Origin: a virus
Lineage: Duplodnaviria; Heunggongvirae; Uroviricota; Caudoviricetes
DNA length: 64,000 nucleotides
IMG/VR virus record: IMGVR_UViG_3300042401_001180
Direction: 5' to 3' (one strand)
Position numbers and translations under genes: made by a program. The notes under the pieces were generated by a model. That model was not told the DNA's origin and made no database searches. It worked only from the letters and a program-made list of their open reading frames with translations. Shown here in pieces: positions 51,029-61,600 of this stretch; the first letter of the stretch is position 1, and every line of letters starts with the position of its first letter.

Positions 51029-53965
51029 TTATGAACAATTTATTTGTAAATCAACACCTATGTTAAGATATAATGTTTTACTTGTAAAGTCGTCGTAACA
51101 TGTTGAATTACTAACTACAAGGGTACTTCCAGCCAAATAAAAATTTAATCCGTAATTGTATAACTCAACTAAATATGTATTAACCGCATTTACCAAATCT
51201 GTAGTTGATGGATATCCTCCAATTCCATATCCTGTATAAAATTGTTCTTGTACTAAAATTTGTGAATCTAATCTACAATCAATATACCAATTAGTAACTA
51301 TACTATTAATATCACAATCGCTTTGGGTAAATCCGCTATTAGTTAAAACGTTATTCAACGCATAATTCAATATTGCTGCCGGGTCGGTTGTTACATTACA
51401 TTGTAATGTTTGATCGATACAATCGTAACTAAACGGTTCACCATTATAAGTACAAGGATTACAACTTACAGGAATAAATGTACATCCTCTTTGTCTTCTC
51501 CAAACAAACTTTTGCCTATGAAAAATAGAATTTTCCATTTTTTGTCCCGTTAACCAAAGTGTGGTTCCTGGAACTACTTGTTCTAATAGTCTTTGCCAAT
51601 GATCACCTAAACCTAAAGTGTAGTCTATCATTTTCTGATATGTAAACTTATTAGAAGGGATACCTACAGTTTGTTCGGATTCTAAATATCTCCAATAAAC
51701 TGATTGTAGTGTAGGGTAACCTCCTGTTTTACCATCAAATATTGTTTGTCGATTTCTTACGTTAATGAAGTTATTATAAAAACTTTGAGCAAATTCAAAG
51801 AATGTTTTTTCTTTTGGTTTTGGGTTTATAAATGTCCAATCTATATTTCCTGGATATGGGTACGGTGCTGTCAATCCTGAATTTGGTATAGGGTACCCAT
51901 ATTTTACAGACATATCCCAAATATCATACGTTATACCTTGACCCATATTAGTGTATAACTCAATATTTTTAGAATTTATTACTAATCTATCATCACTAAC
52001 ATTATAATTTACTCCATTAAAATTTGAACCGTCTTTTCTATTCCCCGTATTGTTAACTGACCAAGACTTTTGATTATCACTTATTTTAGTTAATGTATAA
52101 CCTTCAGCAATATCAGGGAAATCTCTAAACCTATCCATATATTCTTGTCCATATGTGAATGGTTTTAATGATGAAACTAAATAGGGGTTATCTGGATTAA
52201 AGGATGAGTTTACGGTATCCGCTTGTTCATTTGATCTATGTTCAGGGCTTGTCTCAAACCATCCAGCACCTTTTTGGAAAAAGTTGTCGTCTGTAATTGC
52301 AGGACTTTGTGGGTATCCATCAGAATCAACACCATAATCGTTTAATGTTGTTGTTACTAAATTTATAACCCCACTAGTGGTGTATCCTGTGTAAGTCACA
52401 CCCAATAAACTAAATGTATTAGCCGGATCAAAAACAGGTGTCTCTACATATGTTGTTCCTCCAGAAATTTGACAATACTTTTCATAAAAATCATTATAAT
52501 TTATTTTAGTATCAGCCAAATAAATAACTTCATTAAACTCTAATAACGCTTCAGGGGCACCTATAAATCTCATTACATATTCCAAAGATTGTCTAGTTCC
52601 CTTTGTTCTAAACATGTGTGCGGAGTTCAATATTATATTTCTATAGTATTGATAATTTAACTCCGTAGGTGTGTCTGAAACTGACTGTCCAGGAAAAACC
52701 TGTTTAGCGTTTGGGTCAAATACTGAATTTAAAAACCCTTCATTTGTTATTGGTGAAATGTCTGAATTAATCCCTAAAGTTTGTGCTAAATTTGTGAGTA
52801 ATTGTGAAGGAATATCATTACCTACTTGGTAATTTACAGAGTTCATGTATGCTAACGCATCAATAAACTTTTTAACTTCATCAAAACTTCTACCGTATAT
52901 TTGTAATACCTTTTCAATCTTTTGATCGTCGGTATCAAATTCTTTGAATGCTCCTGTAATTAAAAATCTACTTATTAAATTTGTTTTGTATTCGTCTAAT
53001 TTTTCAGCTATCCCCTGTACTTGAGATATATATTGTTCAAATTTAGAACTGTTAATATCTAAGTTCCAATACTTATCTAACGGCCAAGTTACCTGTTTTG
53101 TAAATAAAGTATATTTACCTGCTGAATCATAATCAGGATACGTAAACTTAGCACTGTATTTTGGATACACACTTCTATTTAACATAAAATCTTCAACCTC
53201 ATCAAAGCTATCTAAAAATACCTTTTCTGTTGTTTCATTATTTAGTTTTATAACTAAATTAAAAGTCGATGCACTTTGTCCTGAAAACATATCCCCTTTC
53301 ACTGTTAACGTAAGAGTTCCCCCTGTCATATTCTCAACAGGAATCATATCCGTTACTTTGTGTTCTGTACTAATATCTCTAAAATAAACCGCATAACTTT
53401 CAAAATTATTAGTCATGTCCCTAAATGGGCTAACAATAATTGGTCTAGTTAAAATGTTTCTAGCCGCGTTTTCTGAATAATCAATACTAAATGGGTTATA
53501 TATTAAACCAGTATCAATATCAAAGGTAGTTTCGTCATTTTTTCTATCATAGACAACATTATATGCCGTATTTCCTGTATATAATCCTGAAGTCTGTCTC
53601 GGATATACCTCTAAAGCCGCAGGGAAAAAATTTATTACCTTTATAATTGAGGTTGACATTCTTTTCTGTAAAGAACCATATAATGAAAAACTTGTAATTT
53701 CCGATATGTCAAAATTTGGGTAGACTTTAAAAGTCTTTTCAATAATCCTTTTTACTTCTTCAATATTATCTATCTTAAGATTTTCTAAAGTATAAGGGTT
53801 AGAAAATATACCAGTATCGAATTTTCTATTTGTCTTCTCATATATCGCACTAGTGAACTCAAAATTGCCTTGCGTCAAACCTCCCCCATCCACAATTTGG
53901 AATCCTACAAGGTTATCAGAAAAGGTTTTAACCCCACCAGGTGGAAAAAATATTTTATTTGCCAT
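51029..53965 (-). CDS. Baseplate wedge-like protein (P2 gpI/T4 gp7-like segment)
   Basis: IPSQLLTNLAQTLG...FRTKGTRQSLEYVMRFIG motif typical of tail protein I-type domains. Confidence 0.55.
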   Translation of the reverse strand: MANKIFFPPGGVKTFSDNLVGFQIVDGGGLTQGNFEFTSAIYEKTNRKFDTGIFSNPYTLENLKIDNIEEVKRIIEKTFKVYPNFDISEITSFSLYGSLQKRMSTSIIKVINFFPAALEVYPRQTSGLYTGNTAYNVVYDRKNDETTFDIDTGLIYNPFSIDYSENAARNILTRPIIVSPFRDMTNNFESYAVYFRDISTEHKVTDMIPVENMTGGTLTLTVKGDMFSGQSASTFNLVIKLNNETTEKVFLDSFDEVEDFMLNRSVYPKYSAKFTYPDYDSAGKYTLFTKQVTWPLDKYWNLDINSSKFEQYISQVQGIAEKLDEYKTNLISRFLITGAFKEFDTDDQKIEKVLQIYGRSFDEVKKFIDALAYMNSVNYQVGNDIPSQLLTNLAQTLGINSDISPITNEGFLNSVFDPNAKQVFPGQSVSDTPTELNYQYYRNIILNSAHMFRTKGTRQSLEYVMRFIGAPEALLEFNEVIYLADTKINYNDFYEKYCQISGGTTYVETPVFDPANTFSLLGVTYTGYTTSGVINLVTTTLNDYGVDSDGYPQSPAITDDNFFQKGAGWFETSPEHRSNEQADTVNSSFNPDNPYLVSSLKPFTYGQEYMDRFRDFPDIAEGYTLTKISDNQKSWSVNNTGNRKDGSNFNGVNYNVSDDRLVINSKNIELYTNMGQGITYDIWDMSVKYGYPIPNSGLTAPYPYPGNIDWTFINPKPKEKTFFEFAQSFYNNFINVRNRQTIFDGKTGGYPTLQSVYWRYLESEQTVGIPSNKFTYQKMIDYTLGLGDHWQRLLEQVVPGTTLWLTGQKMENSIFHRQKFVWRRQRGCTFIPVSCNPCTYNGEPFSYDCIDQTLQCNVTTDPAAILNYALNNVLTNSGFTQSDCDINSIVTNWYIDCRLDSQILVQEQFYTGYGIGGYPSTTDLVNAVNTYLVELYNYGLNFYLAGSTLVVSNSTCYDDFTSKTLYLNIGVDLQINCS

Positions 53966-54873
53966 TAAGTAATAATATTTGTAAAGTTTTTACTAAAGTC
54001 TATGTTGTTTCCTCTATCTTGTCTAACCTCATATAGTAATTCATTAAAATTATCTCTAACCTCAAACAAGTTATATTGTTTATAGATATTACCGGCACTA
54101 TCATATAATGTGTAAATACCGTCTTCAATACTCTTAGTTTGATTACCATAAAGAGCAATTGCTATAGTATCTAAATCGTAATCAGCCATTTGAATATCAA
54201 TAGTGATTGGATTAAAAAACGTATTTGTAACTATGATGTTTTGGTTTGGTTGACCAATAAAAGGGGTTGCGTTTGGTTTATTAGTTGGTGACGATGATGG
54301 TGAGAGTGTACAAAACACTAAATCACTTCCTCCGTCAACATATCTATATCTTATACTTTTTTGTGAAGAATTAACTTGTTCTGTAACAACAGGTTCACAA
54401 AAGAAAGAAGAGGTAACAATTCTATAAAAATTAGGTATTTTTGTCCCATCTTGATTTAAGTATTCCACTCTATAACCAACAAGTCCTTGATTTGTAAATT
54501 TATTTCTGAATTGTACAGGTACTTGGTTGATGTCTATTATTATTCCTTTAACGTTAGGTAATGCTGATAAAATACCGCAATCACTAATAGTTGTTCTAAT
54601 TTCTGCAGGTCTTAAATAAACCGTATATATACCTTTCTTATTAAACTCTGATGCTGGTAGTTTTAAACTATATAAGCCACCTAAAATTTCAACATTAGCA
54701 TTACCACCTGTATTAGTATTATGAAAATACGGTGTCAATATACTTCTTGAGTTTAATTTCTTTAAAAGAAAGTTATCCGTAACATCTCTTGAGACGGTGT
54801 AATGTAAAATTATGTCTACATCATCTGGTGATACGTCAGCCGGTCTAACTATTCCATAAGTTCCTAATGCCAT
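53965..54873 (-). CDS. Virion structural protein (302 aa)
   Basis: Coupled in the tail operon; TATTTAT at 54885-54891. Confidence 0.7.
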   Translation of the reverse strand: MALGTYGIVRPADVSPDDVDIILHYTVSRDVTDNFLLKKLNSRSILTPYFHNTNTGGNANVEILGGLYSLKLPASEFNKKGIYTVYLRPAEIRTTISDCGILSALPNVKGIIIDINQVPVQFRNKFTNQGLVGYRVEYLNQDGTKIPNFYRIVTSSFFCEPVVTEQVNSSQKSIRYRYVDGGSDLVFCTLSPSSSPTNKPNATPFIGQPNQNIIVTNTFFNPITIDIQMADYDLDTIAIALYGNQTKSIEDGIYTLYDSAGNIYKQYNLFEVRDNFNELLYEVRQDRGNNIDFSKNFTNIIT

Positions 54874-54906
54874 TTTTTTATTTTATAAATAGTTTATATT
54901 GTTTTT

Positions 54907-56049
54907 TTATGTGGTTTTTATTCGATAATATCCGTAACCGTATCTTACAAGATCACCAATATTATCTACTTCACCTAACCTTTGTAGTGGTTCAAATGCT
55001 GAATACTTACCCCTTTCTATATAAACATCCGTTTGTATTTCAGGTGACATAACAAAATCAAGTAAATATTCATTTTTAGTCATTGCCGATGCAACTATAT
55101 CGTTTGATGTTAAACCACTACTATTAACAATATAAAAAGTTTTACCATTAACTAAATCATAATAATTAACATTATTAATTGTATATGCGGTATAATCAGG
55201 AGTCATTGAGTCAACTTGTCCAAATACTTGATTGTTTTTATTAAACACATAACCGACGGTGTACGGTGCTGGTCCCCACCTTTTTAAATCTTGTATCCTC
55301 GATTTTGTATATCCAGAAATTGGAAATGGTACTGTCGTGAAGTTACTTGATATTTGGTATGGTATATTATTTTGTGCGTCCCCATCAAAAATGTAGTTAT
55401 AAGATATTGGTGTATTAGCCCAATTACCTTGTTGTGGTATAAATGTTATAGTCCCTTGTGGATTCGTAACCGATGCCGGAACTAAAGGTATTGTTATTGT
55501 TTTTTCTATTATGGTTACCCCCCACGGATTTGACCCTGATAATGTTATTGTATAATCACCTGAACTTATATATGTATGGTTTAAAAATGGGGTTGTTAAT
55601 GGTTGTGACAACCCATCGCCCCAATCAACACTGTATGATGTAAAGTCTAAATAACTAACGGTAAAATCTCCCGAAGTGTTATATAATGTAACTTCATACG
55701 TATTTGATAGGTTAGTACCCGAAAATAAAAAATTGGTTACTATATCTTTTTGTAATAACAATCCGTCAAATTCAGAATAAAATCCAATGTCGTTATATGT
55801 TTGCGTAAACATAATGGGTATAGTTAACCCCGTTAATACTGAGTCTCCGTTTGTTCCTCCACTTAAAATGTCTGACATTCCAGAATAAACATATATGGAG
55901 TCTGTTCTAAAATTTTGGTTAGGTACCGCAAGATTTAGACGTGGTTGTTCCTCATAACTATACCCTGTATCTGCAGTATAGATAAACCCGTATATGTCTA
56001 AAGCTAAGGTTTCGGGTGATATTAAAATACTAAATTTTTCTGATTCCAT
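54907..56049 (-). CDS. Structural protein with PKD domain
   Basis: VDWGDG...NHTYISSGDYTITL. Confidence 0.7.
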   Translation of the reverse strand: MESEKFSILISPETLALDIYGFIYTADTGYSYEEQPRLNLAVPNQNFRTDSIYVYSGMSDILSGGTNGDSVLTGLTIPIMFTQTYNDIGFYSEFDGLLLQKDIVTNFLFSGTNLSNTYEVTLYNTSGDFTVSYLDFTSYSVDWGDGLSQPLTTPFLNHTYISSGDYTITLSGSNPWGVTIIEKTITIPLVPASVTNPQGTITFIPQQGNWANTPISYNYIFDGDAQNNIPYQISSNFTTVPFPISGYTKSRIQDLKRWGPAPYTVGYVFNKNNQVFGQVDSMTPDYTAYTINNVNYYDLVNGKTFYIVNSSGLTSNDIVASAMTKNEYLLDFVMSPEIQTDVYIERGKYSAFEPLQRLGEVDNIGDLVRYGYGYYRIKTT

Positions 56050-56894
56050 TATGGGTTAACGTATTCATACCAGATTATAGCTTCAGAGGCTAAAGGTCCA
56101 ACACCAACTCTTGTTAATGTCGGGGTTTCTTTATATATTTTATATTCATATGTTGAATAATCTATGTCTACTTTATAATAAAAGTACTGTGATTTATCAA
56201 AGTTGTACACCGTAGGACCAACTAATGCCGATTGTGGTGTATTCATCATTCTTACAAATTGTCCTTTTTTTGCATTAAAGAATTTAGCACTCATATAAAA
56301 TGTGGTGTTTGTTAAATATGATGGATTTTTCAACCAATAATAAAAAAATCCTTCTTTATCGGCACCAACATAGTCAAGTAAAAATTTTGGTTTTTTAACA
56401 TCAACTTGTGTTGGGTTTAAAATTGGACCGATAAATCCAGGTTCTTTTAAACCTTGTTGTGTTGGTAGTACCACCGAAAAAAGTATCTTTTGGTTTTCGG
56501 GTACTTTAGTGTCGTAAAAATCCAATTTAAAGAAACTACCTTTAAATGAATTTGCAAAATAATATATCTCACTATCAGTAAAAGTTGCGTATTGATAATC
56601 ATCTAACCAATTAGTTATTGATGGTGGGTTATTTATAAAGTCCGTTGTTGTTGCTGGATCAAAAAAGTTAAATTGGTAATATATCTCCGTTTTATCTTGA
56701 TTTAAATCCCATGTCGCATGAGCAAATTTTGTGGTTTCAAAATCATCAATACCATTTATTGCTTTTTTAATGACTTCGGATTCGTATTCTTCAACACCCA
56801 TTTCCCTACCTTCGGTATCAAAAGACAATTCAATAGGTATAATAACATCTCTATCATTAACATTAAGATTAAATCTATAGTAATTATTATTCAC
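56049..56894 (-). CDS. Structural protein (281 aa)
   Basis: Coupled in the tail operon. Confidence 0.7.
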   Translation of the reverse strand: MNNNYYRFNLNVNDRDVIIPIELSFDTEGREMGVEEYESEVIKKAINGIDDFETTKFAHATWDLNQDKTEIYYQFNFFDPATTTDFINNPPSITNWLDDYQYATFTDSEIYYFANSFKGSFFKLDFYDTKVPENQKILFSVVLPTQQGLKEPGFIGPILNPTQVDVKKPKFLLDYVGADKEGFFYYWLKNPSYLTNTTFYMSAKFFNAKKGQFVRMMNTPQSALVGPTVYNFDKSQYFYYKVDIDYSTYEYKIYKETPTLTRVGVGPLASEAIIWYEYVNP

Positions 56895-58638
56895 AGTCGT
56901 CGTTAATTGGTTCGTTTATTAATGATGTTGTCACCATATTATTTCTCTTAATAGGTTTTTGTAAAAACAGTATGTTTTTAAATGGATAATGGGCTCCGTT
57001 TATAAATGGGTTGTCAATGCCGATGCCGTCACCGTCTCTATATCCATATGTATATATATCCCTCCATATGAAAGTCTCTTCGTATTGTGAATACCACGCA
57101 TAGTTAGGAATATTATCCACCTCACCTTTTTTACCGTATTCTAAATAGTCACTAAACACACGTATAGGTACTTCGTAATGTGGTTCATATGCGTAACCAC
57201 TCGGCAAATTTAAGGGTGAATTATCTAAAAAATTAATAGGATTAAATGAATATTTGTGATATAATGAAGATATGACATATTCTTTTTGTTCCATATAATT
57301 ATACTCACAAAAATCACCTTTAATAACGTCACCAACATTTAATAGGTTGTTATAATAAAAATATTGTCCACTTCCAACGGGGTATTCATATGAGGATGCT
57401 GTTATAATATCTTTATTTATAGAGGACCCGTGATCCCACCAATTATCTACATTATTTTTTTGAAAATTAAATCCCCAACCAATGTCCAACCCAACTACAT
57501 TACCGTTTTGATTTATTGATGGTGGATTAAACCAACCCATATATCCTCTTTGTATTATACTAACAAATAAATCCATTACAGGTTTACCGTTATTGTCTTT
57601 TAATTGGTTTATATCAATGTCTTTATCAAAACTATAACTAAAGGTTTTTGAACCGTCTTTAACAGATACTCTTTGTAATTGGTTTGGTGTAAGTGCAGAA
57701 TATTCTAATTTTGATTTAACAGGAAATGGGTTCGTTTCAAATCCCGCCTGTAATAAATTAACGTCTTCAGCGTTTGTTAATATTTTATGTAATCTAACGT
57801 AGTATATAGATTTAGTCTCTCCACTATTTTGTATATTACTTATTCTTTTAAAATTACCATATGTACCTGTTGTTGTTTGGGCAACAGGGAATTTCAAATC
57901 ATAAATACTAAAAACATTTTCTTCTGTACCGTAAGTTCCATCACCAACACTATATACTTCAAATGTGTTTTTACCCCCCAAACCTAATGGGTTTGTTGGT
58001 ATTGATAATTCGACATTCTGTCCAGGTTTTAAATTGTGTTTAGTTCCACAATAAAAATAAACTAAAGATTTACCATTAAATGATGAGGTATCAATAACAA
58101 ATGGTATCCCATCGGACGCAATAAAATTATTTGTAACGTTAAATTGCTCACTGGTATATGCCATTGCATGTTGGGTGTCGCTACTAAACCCATATGATAA
58201 ATAAATCGACCAATTATATGTTGTTGAACTTTTTGCAACAAACGGGATGTGCCCGATAATTCCTTGTTTTCTAATGAACGTAAACTCTTCAAATTGTGGA
58301 TAACCTTCCCACAACACTGATGGGTTTGGTGGTGTGTTAGCAGTAGCATTTGCAATAGCGTTAGTGTAGTATAACGAATCTCTATATGGTGTGTAAGACG
58401 TTTTTCCACTAATCGTATTGTTAAAAACATTTACAATTTTACCTGAAACCCTAATTGTTCCGCTTTCTTGTCTTTCTTTATTAAATAATTCCTCTTGGTT
58501 AATAGTAACAGATCTATCACCTTCAACCATTGTTCTTCTATCACCAATTAATGGTGGTTGTATCCATACATCTTTATCCGTACTTGCTGCGTATCGTTTT
58601 GAACCTAAGACAATTAATATTTCGTTTTCATTAGACAT
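56887..58638 (-). CDS. Structural protein (583 aa)
   Basis: Coupled in the tail operon. Confidence 0.7.
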   Translation of the reverse strand: MSNENEILIVLGSKRYAASTDKDVWIQPPLIGDRRTMVEGDRSVTINQEELFNKERQESGTIRVSGKIVNVFNNTISGKTSYTPYRDSLYYTNAIANATANTPPNPSVLWEGYPQFEEFTFIRKQGIIGHIPFVAKSSTTYNWSIYLSYGFSSDTQHAMAYTSEQFNVTNNFIASDGIPFVIDTSSFNGKSLVYFYCGTKHNLKPGQNVELSIPTNPLGLGGKNTFEVYSVGDGTYGTEENVFSIYDLKFPVAQTTTGTYGNFKRISNIQNSGETKSIYYVRLHKILTNAEDVNLLQAGFETNPFPVKSKLEYSALTPNQLQRVSVKDGSKTFSYSFDKDIDINQLKDNNGKPVMDLFVSIIQRGYMGWFNPPSINQNGNVVGLDIGWGFNFQKNNVDNWWDHGSSINKDIITASSYEYPVGSGQYFYYNNLLNVGDVIKGDFCEYNYMEQKEYVISSLYHKYSFNPINFLDNSPLNLPSGYAYEPHYEVPIRVFSDYLEYGKKGEVDNIPNYAWYSQYEETFIWRDIYTYGYRDGDGIGIDNPFINGAHYPFKNILFLQKPIKRNNMVTTSLINEPINDDCE

Positions 58639-61600
58639 CTTGATTTAAAATGTATTTTGTTATATATCTGTTTATTGAACTTTTACCTTTACCTAAACCA
58701 AAATAAAAATGGTACGGTGATCCAACCAAGAAAGGATTTTGTTGTCCTGCCGGCATAGTTTCATCTGTTGCACCACCCGGTGTTGAGTTATATATATAAC
58801 CTCTTCTACCTGTGTTTAAATTATTAAAGTATTGTGAAAATGGTGACTGATAAAAACTTAAGTCTTGATATTTTTGAGAGTAGAATCCTCCACTACCTAA
58901 TAAGTTTGTCTCCCAATCATTTAAATCACTACCAAATATTGTGTTTACCGATCCTTGATTTAATCTCCATTGGTAGAATGGTACCTCTTGTGTTTTAGGG
59001 TATCCAAAGTAATTTGTGAGTGTTGGGGTAAATGTTGTTATTCCTGGTGACACGACTATTCTATTTTCAGTGTTTGAGGTAAAGAACACACCAAGTGTTG
59101 CATCTCCGGCAGTCGCAATGTATATATCACCAACACCATCATATGTGTCTTCATCAAACCCTTCAACACCATACTCCGAATTAATACTAAATAATTGTAC
59201 AATATCTCCATCCATTCTATCTTCACTTCTTGAAAACATTCTATTAATTGATGCGTCTCCAAAATTGAATATCTGTTGTAAAAAACTAGTATTAATAAGT
59301 CTTGACACAATAAATAATTGTAATAAGTCTGAGGTATCGTTATATGAAGTGGATTTAATCGTCTCGATAATATACCCCTCAAAGTCAGGGTTAGTACAAA
59401 TCTCTTTAGTAAATTCATCTCTTGCCCCTAAATCCATAATTGTTGTTGGGAAAAATATATTTCTTTCATTTGCCCCTCCAAAATCAACGGGTAGTAATGT
59501 TGGGTTTGAATATGTCCCTTGTTTTGGTATCTGTCCTACAAAATTATTTGAGTCGTAAGGGGTTGCCCTGTAGAAGAACGAATTTGTAGTATTTTCTGTA
59601 TAAAAAATTGGACCTTGTCCAGGTCGTATCGTACTATCATACGTACCACAAAATTTATATTTTTTTGGTTGTCCAACAATGTTAAAAATTGTTTGTTTTT
59701 TAAATGAGAACATATATAAAGTACCATTAACCCAATTGTTTTGGAAAACGTGTGCGAAAATTCCTCTACATGCACCAAACATCATCCTAAATCTTAACTT
59801 CCATTCTGTGAAGTTTTCAAAATCTTTTTTAATATTTACCACGTATGGTTTTTGAATAAACTGATAACACCCAGATTTAATTCTTACAGGGTTTTCATTA
59901 TCATCACAAGGGGTTTCCACACCAAAACTATTAGTTGCCGGATCCACAGTATAACATTTTAATGGTACCATACCGGCACAATCAAAACTACTTAATACAC
60001 TACTCGCAGCGTTAGGTGCGTCAGGACCAAAGTCTTGTGAGTTATTTGATGAGTCTGTCGGTCCGACACCAACAACTATAGGGGTGGCCGAATCAGACAA
60101 AACATACGCAGCAAAATTATCATTCTGATGTAATGCAAAACTATTTAAACCGTCATTTTGAGTAACATCTGATGTTGGTAATCTGTCAGATCTTAAAACT
60201 AACTTAGGGTTTGCCCCTGACGGTATAACGACAATTGTTCCACTATTCGTTGTTGAGTATGCTGGAGCATATATCCTACCATTATAACTTGATAATGGAT
60301 TAAAATCGTTATTTGGGTTTTGTGTTGTTGCCATATAGGAACCACCTTCGGTATTACCTTGTAAAACTGACATAAAATTATAAAATTTTATGGTATTAGC
60401 ACCATTCTCAAAAACAGATGGGGTACTATAATAATAACCAAAAGAATTTCCTCCAGGTGGTGTATATGTTGATTTTGATTTATCCAAAGAAGAATAATAA
60501 ATAATTGAATTTGAGGTAACAGAACTAAATTGTGTTCCTGTTATTTCAAAATTGTATGGTTCATGGTAAATGGATGATGATGCGTAAGGTTGTGTATGTG
60601 CTTCAGGACTTTTACTATTGTACCACCAAGCATCAGTTGCAATACCTGTGTTCGGTTGTATTGGTACATTTAAATTAAATTGTCCTCTAACATTAACAGT
60701 GTTTGAGCCTAATGGGTAACCAAAAAGTCTAGATAAGTCATAATTAATATCTTGTTTTTCTGAGTAGGTATCAACCCCTCTAACTAAGATTAAAATATTC
60801 ATATCTTTCCAACTATCACCATTAACGGTTAATGGGTTAATTCGTTCGGTAAACGTTGACGTATTTCCATTCCTATATCTTATAAGTTGTAATTTATTTA
60901 ATACGTATTTTCTTAATAATGATGATGTATCGTATTGTGATGCCGGATTTGGGGTTGCATTAATATTAACACCACTTGCTATTATATCGGCATCATATGC
61001 CGTCATACCTGTAATTACTTGATAGTACTCTAAACCTGTTTTAAACTTATATTCTTTTTCTGATGAGGTTCCAGACACTTGTATATTAATAGTAGTTGGA
61101 ACTCCGTTTTGTTGTATATATGTTAATGGTGTATTTGTAACTGCAGTATATGATGTCCCCGTTATTGAGTTAGAACCGAATTGGTTTGTTGCTCCACTTA
61201 CAATATTAATATCATTAATATTATTAGGATTAGTAAATGTTACTAATGTCCCCGATGGGTATGTTCCTATTGTGGATGGATCACAAAGTAATACTATAAT
61301 ATTATCAGTAAATGGTGTTCCATTATTTACCGTTGTAGTAATAACATTAGGAGCTGTTGTGTCAAAATATCTACTTCTTATGTTTGCTAAATTTAAAGAT
61401 TGTGAATATGTAATATCCTCTTGACTATAGTATTTTTCATTTGTTTCTGTAAAATCTTTTGTGATTGGCATTCCAATTTCAGGAGATGTTGGGAACCCCG
61501 CAATACCATATCTAATACCGTAACTATCCGCTTGATATTTTTGGTTTTTCTTAGTGTCACTTCCAGTATATTGATCCGGACTTAACTCACAAAAATACGT

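Noticed and set aside
50984-51045. Alternative frame FTNKLFITNSFDTAINMGVCP* past the end of 51029..53965 (possible frameshift extension)
   Set aside because: No slippery sequence or start codon supports it; such a short open frame is expected by chance.
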